Source: a virus (Duplodnaviria > Caudoviricetes). From it: a stretch of DNA of 32,656 bases. How positions within the stretch are numbered: position 1 is the first letter of the stretch; every line of letters begins with the position of its first letter. The notes beneath the pieces were generated by a model. The model did not search any database. It saw only the letters and a program-made list of their open reading frames with translations, and was not told where the DNA came from. Shown in pieces: positions 11,001 through 18,819 of this stretch. Position numbers and translations under genes: made by a program. The stretch lies in IMG/VR virus record IMGVR_UViG_3300030330_002507, positions 1 through 32,656 of that record. One strand, written 5' to 3'.

Positions 11001-11819
11001 ACTGGAGCAGATATGATAAATTCTATATCAACTACTTTAGGAGCAGTTATGGACGTTATGGACGGTTTTAATGAATTGCAAAATGCTAACTCAGAAGCTC
11101 GTATATCTAATATGGAAGCTGATAAACAAGCTGAGATTAAGAAGTTTAAAGAAAGTGCTGAGTTTGCCGTAATGACGGAGGAGGAGAGAACTAAGAAAAT
11201 AGAGGATATTGAGGAGAAACATGATGATGCCATATTAGCAGAAAAAATAGCTATGTTTGATAAAAATAAAAAGTTTTTAAAATCTCAGGCAGTTATGGCT
11301 GGAGCTATGGCTATTATGCAGATTTGGAGTTCCTCTGGAACGGGTAATGTAATAGCTGATACTATTTTAAAAAGTATTTTAACAGCTGCCCAAATAGGTT
11401 TAACGGCTATGCAAATAGCTACTATTAATGCTCAACAACCTCCTTCAGCTGAATTAGGAGGTATTGAGGGAGAAACTTTTGCAGATGGTGGAATGGTTCA
11501 TGGGCGATCTCATGCTCAAGGAGGAGAGAAGTTTAGAGTTGGAGGTAGAGTGGTAGAGTTAGAGGGGGGAGAAGCTGTTATTAATAAACGATCTACAGCT
11601 ATGTTTAAACCTCAGCTCTCAGCTATGAATGTAGCTGGAGGAGGTAGAAAATTTGCAGATGGAGGAATGACTTTTGCTACTGATGTTTTACAAGATCAGA
11701 GTTTAGCTTTAGGTTCAGCCCTCGATAATCAAACTCAACAACAAGTAGTATTAGTTGAATCAGATGTAACCGATAGTCAGAAATCAGTAGAAAATATAGA
11801 AGCACAAGCAACATTTTAA
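8034..11819 (+). CDS. Tail tape measure protein (TP901-type core)
   Basis: 1261 aa, coiled-coil and Ala-rich; core AKELGATTAFTAGEVA...LAKLGF; hydrophobic mid-segment; C-terminal ADGGMVHGRSHAQGG...EGGEAVIN. Confidence 0.9.
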   Translation: MTTSLETILNIKVDGTSQMTALKEEIDKTTQELKDLKAEQKAGTGDTKKLNAQILTQETRLKAMRSEMNKAKTETIKMNSALASQGKSYNDLTKQNAALSQELRKLADPMGKNRKEFDTLSKKIRDNTNELKKMDEAMGRQQRNVGNYGGAIKGMALQIGAAIMAFKGLETAISTFSDFQFAIKQVGVISGASAQEMQLLEDQAKELGATTAFTAGEVANLQIELAKLGFDAQDIDSMTSSVLDLSFAFGEELNVTAEQVGVTLRGFNLDASEASRVTDVMAAAFSNTALDLSKFATAMPKVASVASTMGFTLEDTTSILGLLANTGMEASSAGTALRNMFLKLADPTGDLAKALGRNITSVEELIPAMQELDKKGIDVAGMLEITDKRSVTAFASMLKGSKQLGELNKVMKDSQGLTKKFADAMRDSLKGNIDATKSAAEGLVIELVDGLEPIINMLLFVFQEFLGVMRSLVPVIISVTAGFAGYSAVLAVNKARVLASQLAIKLLGTSTVTTTGIINVAKNAMLAFNTAIRSNPIGLLVGGLATAVTLFSQFSDGADEAGDELENLNNQRDRFNEIDQQANNNLATQLAEVQSLINVIGDHTKGLKERNKALDKLNEIHPTTISNMQDEKKLAGELEQAYEDIAKAMEAEILMSAAKEKVKELLIEQREEQDKIKVATDDVLETQLRLLGVANDISAEGKIIGHVWDGASGSMVENADAIQFVKDNWTDALLELRTAQSMYDDATATHNGLVLQNSEAQDRLAISEQKVADIKTKVKEILKEATDESNALTAAIVDQTDKVDDDRTAYEKLQDAVSTANKNLKEAVATNGDVAGATKKLVKAKENLAKVDTEVAKIIKENDDKNKDNTKGLKEQIAKVQEKIDADTKQLDTLKKLEKAEADITKERIEQAIKVAEAQLEMALLVADSTDKSFTDQATHINNLKNQIKGFNEELNKLSDDNSVKRPSGWLNSNLFGTGGEDGSSGEPFTGADMINSISTTLGAVMDVMDGFNELQNANSEARISNMEADKQAEIKKFKESAEFAVMTEEERTKKIEDIEEKHDDAILAEKIAMFDKNKKFLKSQAVMAGAMAIMQIWSSSGTGNVIADTILKSILTAAQIGLTAMQIATINAQQPPSAELGGIEGETFADGGMVHGRSHAQGGEKFRVGGRVVELEGGEAVINKRSTAMFKPQLSAMNVAGGGRKFADGGMTFATDVLQDQSLALGSALDNQTQQQVVLVESDVTDSQKSVENIEAQATF

Positions 11820-11839
11820 TAACTAAAAAAAATAAAAAT

Positions 11840-11932
11840 ATGGGAGATTTGATATGTAAAATAATTAATAAAATTAGCTTTGGCTTAATTTGTTTGGGAA
11901 TGTGTGATATACCAAAATGCTGTAAAAAATAA
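11840..11932 (+). CDS. 30-aa Cys-rich micro-protein (not in the ORF track)
   Basis: MGDLICKIINKISFGLICLGMCDIPKCCKK; A-rich leader; fills the gap and ends 3 nt before the next ATG. Confidence 0.5.
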   Translation: MGDLICKIINKISFGLICLGMCDIPKCCKK

Positions 11933-11935
11933 AAT

Positions 11936-12142
11936 ATGGAGGAGGTTTTTAAATTAATAGAGGGCTATGGATTGCCCTTAGTTTTATTGATTGGAGCTTT
12001 ATATGCCTTATATAAATTTTTCTTTTTTTCTATTCACGAGGTTAAAAATACGTTCTCAAAACACCACGAAAAAAACGCTGAAAATATGCAAGAATTGAAA
12101 GAAAAAATTAACATTATTTTAGAATTTATTAAGAAAAAATAA
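11936..12142 (+). CDS. Small membrane protein, holin-like (one TM plus coiled coil)
   Basis: N-terminal TM GLPLVLLIGALYALYKFFFF, helical tail and basic C-terminus, a BhlA/UviB-like layout. Confidence 0.5.
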   Translation: MEEVFKLIEGYGLPLVLLIGALYALYKFFFFSIHEVKNTFSKHHEKNAENMQELKEKINIILEFIKKK

Positions 12143-12169
12143 TTTAACATAATATAAATTATATAAAAA
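12142..12169 (-). other. dif-like XerCD recombination site
   Basis: Minus strand reads TTTTTATATAA-TTTATA-TTATGTTAAAT (11-6-11). The XerD arm is identical to E. coli dif, the spacer differs at 1 of 6 from TGTATA, and the inner ATAA of the XerC arm is conserved. Intergenic. Confidence 0.75.
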
Positions 12170-12284
12170 AAACTTTTATTTTTCTTATCAAGTGAATTGA
12201 TTGTATCGTAATAAAAGAAATTTTTAGTATTAGGATAAGCCAGATAGGGTAAAGTTCCTTAAACGGCTTAAAAACAGCTTTAAA

Positions 12285-12473
12285 ATGAAAATAACAGAAA
12301 CTAAAGAAACTCAGCAAAAAAGGTTAAATATTTGTAAAAATTGCGAACATAGAAGCAATAGATTTTTAGCTATTTTTAGTGCTGATAGTTGCTCAATTTG
12401 TAAATGCAATTTAAAAGCAAAAACAAAAATGAGTAAAAATTTTGGAGGTAAATGTCCAATAGGAAAATGGTAA
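12285..12473 (+). CDS. Small Cys-rich zinc-binding protein (DUF6171-like)
   Basis: RLNICKNC...CSICKCNL..K...CPIGKW pattern. Confidence 0.65.
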   Translation: MKITETKETQQKRLNICKNCEHRSNRFLAIFSADSCSICKCNLKAKTKMSKNFGGKCPIGKW

Positions 12474-12535
12474 AATTAACTTTTAATTGTTTAAAATTAT
12501 TTTAAGTTGGTATTACCGATTACAAAGTTTGATAT

Positions 12536-12543
12536 TAAGTTTG
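12536..12543 (+). promoter_or_regulatory. Bacteroidota -7 promoter box
   Basis: TAAGTTTG (TAnnTTTG) about 20 nt upstream of ATG 12564. Confidence 0.4.
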
Positions 12544-12563
12544 TAAAAAAAACTATTGGAAAC

Positions 12564-12821
12564 ATGCACGAAAAAAGATTAGCTGAAAAATTTTCTATTG
12601 ATGATAGTAATGAAGTAGATATCATTTTAAGTAGAATAAGAAAAGACGCACGAGGGAGATATATGTATAATCGTGACGATGCTCGGTTATTACTTAAATA
12701 CTTTAGAAAGTATATTGATCCTGATGTTCCGGATAATATTTTTGGTTGTGGAGGTTGCGCTACTAAAATTATTGTTCAGATGTTTAAAATCCAAAAAGAA
12801 TGGCTAAACCCAACTCCATAA
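12564..12821 (+). CDS. Hypothetical protein with a CxxC motif
   Basis: ATG 12564 preferred over TTG 12507 because it follows a promoter box and leader; contains CGGC. Confidence 0.6.
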   Translation: MHEKRLAEKFSIDDSNEVDIILSRIRKDARGRYMYNRDDARLLLKYFRKYIDPDVPDNIFGCGGCATKIIVQMFKIQKEWLNPTP

Positions 12822-13153
12822 AATTTATAGAGGATTTTAAAGAGTTAATATGGGTAGAAGTAACTACTCGATTTGGAGAGTTTGCAACACCTAAAGACGT
12901 TATTTACCATTTAGCCGAGAAAGGATTAATAGAACCTACAAGATTAAGAAATTATCTAATAATAAAAGATTTTGATAAATTCTTAGTTAAAAATAGTGGG
13001 CATGTTACTCATACTTTTATGGATTTATCTATTAAGTATAATCTTTCAGATAGGCAAGTTCAGGGAATAGTTTATAAATACCGATCTAAATTTCAAAAAG
13101 AAGCTAATATAAAAAAAAGTAAAAGAGTATATACTTTCAAGCATACTCTTTAA
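12800..13153 (+). CDS. Mor/C-like HTH transcription regulator
   Basis: C-terminal LSIKYNLSDRQVQGIV resembles the Mor-family HTH. Confidence 0.5.
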   Translation: MAKPNSIKFIEDFKELIWVEVTTRFGEFATPKDVIYHLAEKGLIEPTRLRNYLIIKDFDKFLVKNSGHVTHTFMDLSIKYNLSDRQVQGIVYKYRSKFQKEANIKKSKRVYTFKHTL

Positions 13154-13169
13154 AATATTTTTACAATCC

Positions 13170-13244
13170 AAAAAAAAACTTTGTTTTAATAGTTGTTATA
13201 TAAAAAAAACTTTTATATTTGCATAGTAAACAAAACCAAAAACT
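13170..13244 (+). promoter_or_regulatory. Early-type promoter with repeated A-tract boxes and ACCAAAAACT leader
   Basis: TTG at 13193, box TTATATAAAAAAAACTTTTAT 13196-13216, -7 box TATATTTG 13214-13221. Confidence 0.75.
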
Positions 13245-13529
13245 ATGTATATAACTAAAGAAATAAAATTAAACTTTAAAATAGAGAAAGGAGAGGGAAC
13301 TCCTTATCAAGTTGTTTGTAAACAATCAGGAATGACTATCGGTTGTTATTCTAAAAAAGAAGCAAAGCAATTAAAAGACAATTGGGATAGCTGGGAGTTT
13401 GCAGATTTATATTCAAAAGTTGGTTTAGATACTTTAGGAATTAAAGAAAATGATATAGTAAAGTTTTGGACTAAACCTCACGGAAAAAATTATACTGAGG
13501 AGGTAGTTATAGATATGTTAAATGTTTAA
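13245..13529 (+). CDS. Hypothetical protein
   Basis: 94-aa ORF behind a promoter and leader, overlapping the MTase start. Confidence 0.7.
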   Translation: MYITKEIKLNFKIEKGEGTPYQVVCKQSGMTIGCYSKKEAKQLKDNWDSWEFADLYSKVGLDTLGIKENDIVKFWTKPHGKNYTEEVVIDMLNV

Positions 13530-14574
13530 TTACGATTGGACTTTAAAAGAAGCTAATTTCACTAAAGACAAAGGGAAAGTATTTAGTTGCTTTGCTTGTG
13601 GAGGTGGCTCAACGATGGGCTATAAATTAGCTGGATTTGATGTTATAGGGATAAACGAGATTGATCCTAAAATGGCTGAGATATATAAAACTAATCATAA
13701 TCCTAAACATGCCTTTATTGAACCTATACAAGATTTTGTTTGTAGAGACGAATATCCTAAAGAGTTATATAACTTAGATATATTAGACGGCTCTCCTCCA
13801 TGTTCAAGCTTTAGCTTTGCTGGGGCAAGAGAAAGAGATTGGGGAAAAAAGAAAAAATTTAGAGAGGGGCAAGCTGAACAGGTTTTAGATAGTTTGTTTT
13901 TTGATTTTATAGAGTTAGCTTGGAAACTTCAACCTAAAATAGTTATAGCTGAAAATGTTAAAGGTTTATTATTAGGTAATGCTAAACAATATGTAAAGAG
14001 AATTTATGAGGACTTTGATAAAGCTGGTTATTATTGTCAACACTGGTTATTAGATAGTCAATATATGGGAGTTCCTCAAAGGAGAGAAAGAGTTTTTTTT
14101 GTTTGTATAAGAAAGGATTTAGCTACTCCTTTTTTAACTCAAATGAATTTATTTGATATATTACCTAAATTAGATTTAGAGTTTAACGATAAACCTATCT
14201 TATATAAAGAGATCGTAGATGAGGAGGACAAAACAGAAGCTCCTAACACAGCCGAAACTTATAAGCTTTATAATGCAGTAGAAAGAGGGAGGTTTTTAAG
14301 AGAAGCCCACCCTAAAGGACACTTTTTTCAAGAAAGGAGATTAGATTGGGATATGGTTTGTTCTACTATTATAGCTGGTAGTAGTGGAGATTTCCACCCT
14401 GATATATATAGGAGATTAAATAAATCAGAATTATTAAAAGCAAGTAGCTTTCCAAGAGATTATAACTTTTTAAAAACAGGGCATAAATATGTTATGGGAA
14501 TGTCAGTTCCTCCTATAATGATAGCCAGAATAGTAACTGAAGTTTATAATCAATGGCTATCTAAAATAAATTAA
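13522..14574 (+). CDS. DNA (cytosine-5)-methyltransferase, orphan
   Basis: Motif I FACGGG, motif IV GSPPCSSFS, motif VI ENVKG, motif VIII QRRERVF, motif X GMSVPP; no adjacent restriction endonuclease. Confidence 0.93.
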   Translation: MFNYDWTLKEANFTKDKGKVFSCFACGGGSTMGYKLAGFDVIGINEIDPKMAEIYKTNHNPKHAFIEPIQDFVCRDEYPKELYNLDILDGSPPCSSFSFAGARERDWGKKKKFREGQAEQVLDSLFFDFIELAWKLQPKIVIAENVKGLLLGNAKQYVKRIYEDFDKAGYYCQHWLLDSQYMGVPQRRERVFFVCIRKDLATPFLTQMNLFDILPKLDLEFNDKPILYKEIVDEEDKTEAPNTAETYKLYNAVERGRFLREAHPKGHFFQERRLDWDMVCSTIIAGSSGDFHPDIYRRLNKSELLKASSFPRDYNFLKTGHKYVMGMSVPPIMIARIVTEVYNQWLSKIN

Positions 14575-14611
14575 ATTCCTTTTTTTTCGATATAAGTTTT
14601 TTTATCTAAAT

Positions 14612-14619
14612 TATTTTTG
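14612..14619 (+). promoter_or_regulatory. -7 promoter box for the head operon
   Basis: TATTTTTG followed by CA, about 20 nt upstream of ATG 14640. Confidence 0.55.
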
Positions 14620-14639
14620 CAGTTGATAAAAAAATATCT

Positions 14640-15686
14640 ATGCAAAATTGGTATAATATAAAAAATGAATCGGCTGAAACTGCCGATATCTTTATATATA
14701 GTGAGGTAGGAGGTTATGATGTTAATGCTCAGAAGTTTATTGAGGAGCTTAAAGGTTTAAAAGATAAAAATCTTAATATTCATATAAATTCTTTAGGAGG
14801 TTCTGTTTTCGATGGAATGGCTATTTATAATGCCTTAAAAAATCATAAAAAGAAAGTAACAACAAAAGTAGAGGGGATAGCTGCTTCTATAGCTTCAGTT
14901 ATTGCAATGGCTGGAGATAGTATAGAAATGGCTGAAAACTCTTTATTTATGATCCATAACCCTTTTACTATGGCTGGAGGTGATGCGAGTGAACTTAGAA
15001 AAACAGCTGATATTTTAGATAAGATCAGAGATGAGATAGCTAATATTTATGCTTCAAAATCTGAGCAAGATGTGGACACCTTAATAGGTTTAATGAATGT
15101 AGAAACTTGGTTTAATGCGAGTGAAACTATAGATAGTGGTTTTGCTAATGAAATAACCAAAGCTGTAAAAGTGGAAAATAGTTATGATCTTACAAAATTC
15201 AAGAATATAACTACTGATAAAGTAAATGAGATAGTAAATAATAGTAACTTAATTAAAATTGAAAAAATGGCAAAAATTGAAAACAATGAGCTAAAGGAGG
15301 AAAAAACTCTTTTAGACAAAATTAAATCTTTAGTTGTTTCTGAACCTGTAAAAAACGACCACGAGGAAGGACACGAGGGAGAGAAAGAGGAAGCAGATGT
15401 AGCTGATTGGGAAGGCATGGAAACAAGAATTGAAAACCTTGAGAAAGCTGTTCACAAATTAGAGGAAGCTATGGGAATGAAAGAGGAGGAAGCGAACCAA
15501 GCTAAAGGAGAGTTAGAAACAGCTAATTTAGAAATTGAGAACTTAAACGCAGAAATCAATAAGATAAAAGCTGAGGGAACTCAAGTAAAAAAAGAAAATG
15601 ATCCAGCAATAGTAGAAAATAAAGCAACAGATAGTAATATGGCTTTCTTTAATGCAATGGCTGATAGTATCAAAAAAAGAGCTTAA
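14640..15686 (+). CDS. ClpP-type prohead maturation protease with C-terminal scaffold
   Basis: INSLGGSVFDG, AASIAS (catalytic Ser), MIHNP (His), ETWF; acidic coiled-coil tail; directly upstream of the capsid gene. Confidence 0.92.
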   Translation: MQNWYNIKNESAETADIFIYSEVGGYDVNAQKFIEELKGLKDKNLNIHINSLGGSVFDGMAIYNALKNHKKKVTTKVEGIAASIASVIAMAGDSIEMAENSLFMIHNPFTMAGGDASELRKTADILDKIRDEIANIYASKSEQDVDTLIGLMNVETWFNASETIDSGFANEITKAVKVENSYDLTKFKNITTDKVNEIVNNSNLIKIEKMAKIENNELKEEKTLLDKIKSLVVSEPVKNDHEEGHEGEKEEADVADWEGMETRIENLEKAVHKLEEAMGMKEEEANQAKGELETANLEIENLNAEINKIKAEGTQVKKENDPAIVENKATDSNMAFFNAMADSIKKRA

Positions 15687-15721
15687 TAATCAATAATCAA
15701 TAATAATAAAAATCAAGAAAA

Positions 15722-16702
15722 ATGGCAAATGTAGCAACAAGTAATATCGGAGCGACTTATTCGGGAGCGCAATTTTCTGAGTTATTCTTAGAACCGATTT
15801 TTAGAGATAGTGATATCTTTCAATTTAGAGTAATACCGAATGTAAAACACAAAATGAACCTTTATACAGCTGACGCGCTTTCTTGCGTGGTAGCTAAATA
15901 TTCAACTTGTGGAGGAGATGAAACAGGAAGCTTCGCAGTTAATGATAAGGTAATCGAAGCTGGTAGATTAAGAGTAGCAGTTTCAGAATGTCAACAAGCT
16001 TTCTTTGGAACTTATATAGAGGAGAGTTTTAAAAATGGAGTTAATGTATTTGATTTATCAGGTACGGCTTTAATGGATACGATCTTAGCTAATGTTAGAC
16101 AATCAATAGGAAACGATATAACTAAATTAGCTTGGTGGGGTGATACAGCTGAAGCTGGAGCAAGTGCTTCATGTTATAATCCAACTGATGGATGGTGGAA
16201 GCTTTTACAAGCTGATGCGACTGTTGATGGTAATAAAGTAACTATTCCAAACTCTGGAGCTTTTACTACAGGTAATGCAATAACTGCTCTTAGAAGCTTA
16301 TGGACACAAGCTCCGGCTGCTCTACAAGCTGTTGATAATAGAGATAAGGGTATCTACGTTAGTAGAGAAATTTATGATGATTACTTAACTTCTTTAGAGA
16401 ACTTAGGTAATGCTGAGGGCTTCTCGCAATTAGTTGATGGAAAGCCGGTTTGTTACTTTAGAGGAGTTCAAGTTCACCCTATGTATTCTTGGACTACAGC
16501 TGCTTCTCAAGTAGGAACGGCTGACGATGTTAGAGCTGTATATACTGCAAAAGAAAATTTAGTAGTTGGAACGGATACTAACGATCCTCAAGGAGAGATG
16601 AAAATGTTTTATGATGATTTAACTGAGAAAGTATATGTTAGAGCTTATTTCAAATTAGGTTTCCAATTTTTACATGACAGTTTAGTTGTAATCGGATACT
16701 AA
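15722..16702 (+). CDS. Major capsid protein
   Basis: 326 aa right after the protease/scaffold; HK97-like size and features (WWGD, DGWWK). Confidence 0.8.
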   Translation: MANVATSNIGATYSGAQFSELFLEPIFRDSDIFQFRVIPNVKHKMNLYTADALSCVVAKYSTCGGDETGSFAVNDKVIEAGRLRVAVSECQQAFFGTYIEESFKNGVNVFDLSGTALMDTILANVRQSIGNDITKLAWWGDTAEAGASASCYNPTDGWWKLLQADATVDGNKVTIPNSGAFTTGNAITALRSLWTQAPAALQAVDNRDKGIYVSREIYDDYLTSLENLGNAEGFSQLVDGKPVCYFRGVQVHPMYSWTTAASQVGTADDVRAVYTAKENLVVGTDTNDPQGEMKMFYDDLTEKVYVRAYFKLGFQFLHDSLVVIGY

Positions 16703-16728
16703 TTATTAACCTTTAAAAATTAAATAAA

Positions 16729-17283
16729 ATGGCAGGAATTACAAGAGGACACGACGTTATTTGTTGCGATAGAAATCGACGTGGTGGAATTAAAAAAATA
16801 TGGCTAACTAATACTGATGATATCGCAAGTTGGACAGTAGGTTCTAATCATGACTATACAGCTGTAACAATGGCATCTGGAAAAACGTTTTTCGTTTGGG
16901 AATTTGATAGAGGGACAGCTGGATTTACAAGTTCAGCTACTCGTGAAAATGGTTCTACACTTATGGACGTTTCTTTAGAGTTCTATATTCCAAAAATTAC
17001 TGGGGTAGTTAATGAGGATTTAATGATGTTAGCTACAAGTTGTGGAATAACAGCTATTATTGAAACTTATGCTGATGACTGTGCCGATCCAGCAGTTACT
17101 TACCTATTTGTTTTAGGTTGGGATCAAATTTTTGAAGAAACTGCATATATGGAGTTCACTTCAGGAGAGCAAGGGACAGGAACAGGATTACAAACTGCAA
17201 ACGGAACTACTATTACTTTAACTTGTCAACAAGGAGAGTATCCAAGAGAATACTCAGGAACTCAAGCATCTATACCTGTATAA
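16729..17283 (+). CDS. Major tail tube protein
   Basis: 184 aa, Thr/Gly-rich, N-terminal C...GGIKKIW; follows the capsid gene and precedes a strong terminator. Confidence 0.65.
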   Translation: MAGITRGHDVICCDRNRRGGIKKIWLTNTDDIASWTVGSNHDYTAVTMASGKTFFVWEFDRGTAGFTSSATRENGSTLMDVSLEFYIPKITGVVNEDLMMLATSCGITAIIETYADDCADPAVTYLFVLGWDQIFEETAYMEFTSGEQGTGTGLQTANGTTITLTCQQGEYPREYSGTQASIPV

Positions 17284-17331
17284 TAGTATAGAAAGTTGAT
17301 TTTTAGAGTTTTGGGTTATTAACATTAAATT

Positions 17332-17360
17332 GGTGGCAGTTTAAAGATTGCCACCTTTTT
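17332..17360 (+). terminator. Rho-independent terminator
   Basis: GGTGGCAGT-ttaaag-ATTGCCACC then TTTTT. Confidence 0.85.
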
Positions 17361-17377
17361 AATTTCTAAATAAAGAA

Positions 17378-17385
17378 TATATTTG
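17378..17385 (+). promoter_or_regulatory. -7 promoter box for the portal operon
   Basis: TATATTTG just after the terminator, about 22 nt before ATG 17408. Confidence 0.6.
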
Positions 17386-17407
17386 TAGTATAAAAAAATA
17401 AATTATT

Positions 17408-17605
17408 ATGTATAAATTAAGTAAAAAAATAGCTAACTCTACTTCATTTCGTTGGGGTATTCCTTTAAGAAAATATGTAACTTCTGGGATTACTCAAGAA
17501 ACTCTAAAAACTTTATATGATAAAGGTTGTGAGTTTGTTGCAAAGTCAGATAAACCTAATAAAACGAAATCAAATGCCCAGAGTAAAGCGAAATCAGACG
17601 AGTAA
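17408..17605 (+). CDS. Small hypothetical protein
   Basis: 65 aa with an A-rich leader, between the tail tube and portal genes. Confidence 0.65.
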   Translation: MYKLSKKIANSTSFRWGIPLRKYVTSGITQETLKTLYDKGCEFVAKSDKPNKTKSNAQSKAKSDE

Positions 17606-18818
17606 AAACATAAAAAAAGCTGGAGATAAATTAGGTTTTGCAAAGTTTGATATAATTAATATGACAGTTCCTCAATCAGTTGAGGAGGTTACTAATAGTA
17701 ACGGAATAAAAACTCCTTACGTCCCGTTTGGAGCAAATAATCTCTTTCCAGAATATTTAGCCGAAGTAACAAGAAAATCTCCTACTCATAGAGCTATATT
17801 AGGACAAAAGAAAATTCTTTCAGTAGGTAAAGAGTTTCAAGCTGAAAACGAATTATTAATGAGCTATGTAGATAGGGTTAATCCTAATGAAAGTTTAAGG
17901 GATATCTATGGTAAAATCATGGCTGATTATTATACTTTCGGTAATGCTTATATAGAGTTAGTTACTTATGAGGGAGGGGTAAATTTATATCATGTTGATG
18001 CAACCTTTTGCAGATTATCAAAAGATCAGAAGCAAGTTTATATCCACCCAGATTGGAAAAATTATCAATCTACTAAAAAGGATACTGTTATTCTCGATAT
18101 GTATCCAAAATTTAGAGGGAATAGAGCTATAATTCATATTAAAGATTACGAACCTACTTTCTCTTATTATGGGCTTCCGGATTTTATAGCTGCTTTAAAA
18201 TGGTTAAATATTGACCACCTTTTACAATCCTATAACAATACTAAATTTGAACAAAATTTTATGCCAAGTGCAATAGTTGAGATTAACGGGGATATGGGGC
18301 AAGAGGAAGCTGAACAGTTGGTAAAAGAAGCTCAAAATAAATGGACTGGAGAGGGGAATAATTCTAAGATTTTATTCTTAGTGAAAAATGGAGATACTTC
18401 CCCAGCTAATATTACTATGCTTCAAGATACGGCTGATGGCTCTTTTATGGATTTACAAAGATTAACCTCTCAAAATATAATAACAGCTCACAGGTGGCAA
18501 CCGGCTATGAGTGGGATTATTAATGTAAATAAATTAAACTCAACAGGTAATGAAATTAGGGTAGCTTGGGAGATGGTTATGGGAACTATAATTAAAGATG
18601 TTGAGGGATTAATTTTAAGAAAAATTAGAGACGTAATTGACAGATATATGCCTTTTAGTGCAGATGATCTTGAGATCGTGTATGAGCCACCGGTTAGCTA
18701 TTTAGCTGATATTGAAGCTTCAACTATATTAACTCTAAATGAGCAAAGAGTTATGTTAGGATTTGATCCTTTAGATGAGGGAGGAGATGTGTTATTAACT
18801 AAAAAAACTACTAATTAA
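17574..18818 (+). CDS. Portal protein
   Basis: About 414 aa from ATG 17574; YYTFGNAYIE, YYGLPD, F..NFMPS and TLNEQRVMLGFDPL are HK97/lambda-like portal motifs. Confidence 0.88.
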   Translation: MPRVKRNQTSKNIKKAGDKLGFAKFDIINMTVPQSVEEVTNSNGIKTPYVPFGANNLFPEYLAEVTRKSPTHRAILGQKKILSVGKEFQAENELLMSYVDRVNPNESLRDIYGKIMADYYTFGNAYIELVTYEGGVNLYHVDATFCRLSKDQKQVYIHPDWKNYQSTKKDTVILDMYPKFRGNRAIIHIKDYEPTFSYYGLPDFIAALKWLNIDHLLQSYNNTKFEQNFMPSAIVEINGDMGQEEAEQLVKEAQNKWTGEGNNSKILFLVKNGDTSPANITMLQDTADGSFMDLQRLTSQNIITAHRWQPAMSGIINVNKLNSTGNEIRVAWEMVMGTIIKDVEGLILRKIRDVIDRYMPFSADDLEIVYEPPVSYLADIEASTILTLNEQRVMLGFDPLDEGGDVLLTKKTTN

Positions 18819-18819
18819 T

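Noticed and set aside
15684-15721. Short AATAATC tandem repeats before the capsid gene
   Set aside because: Low-complexity A-rich translation leader; too short for iterons or CRISPR.
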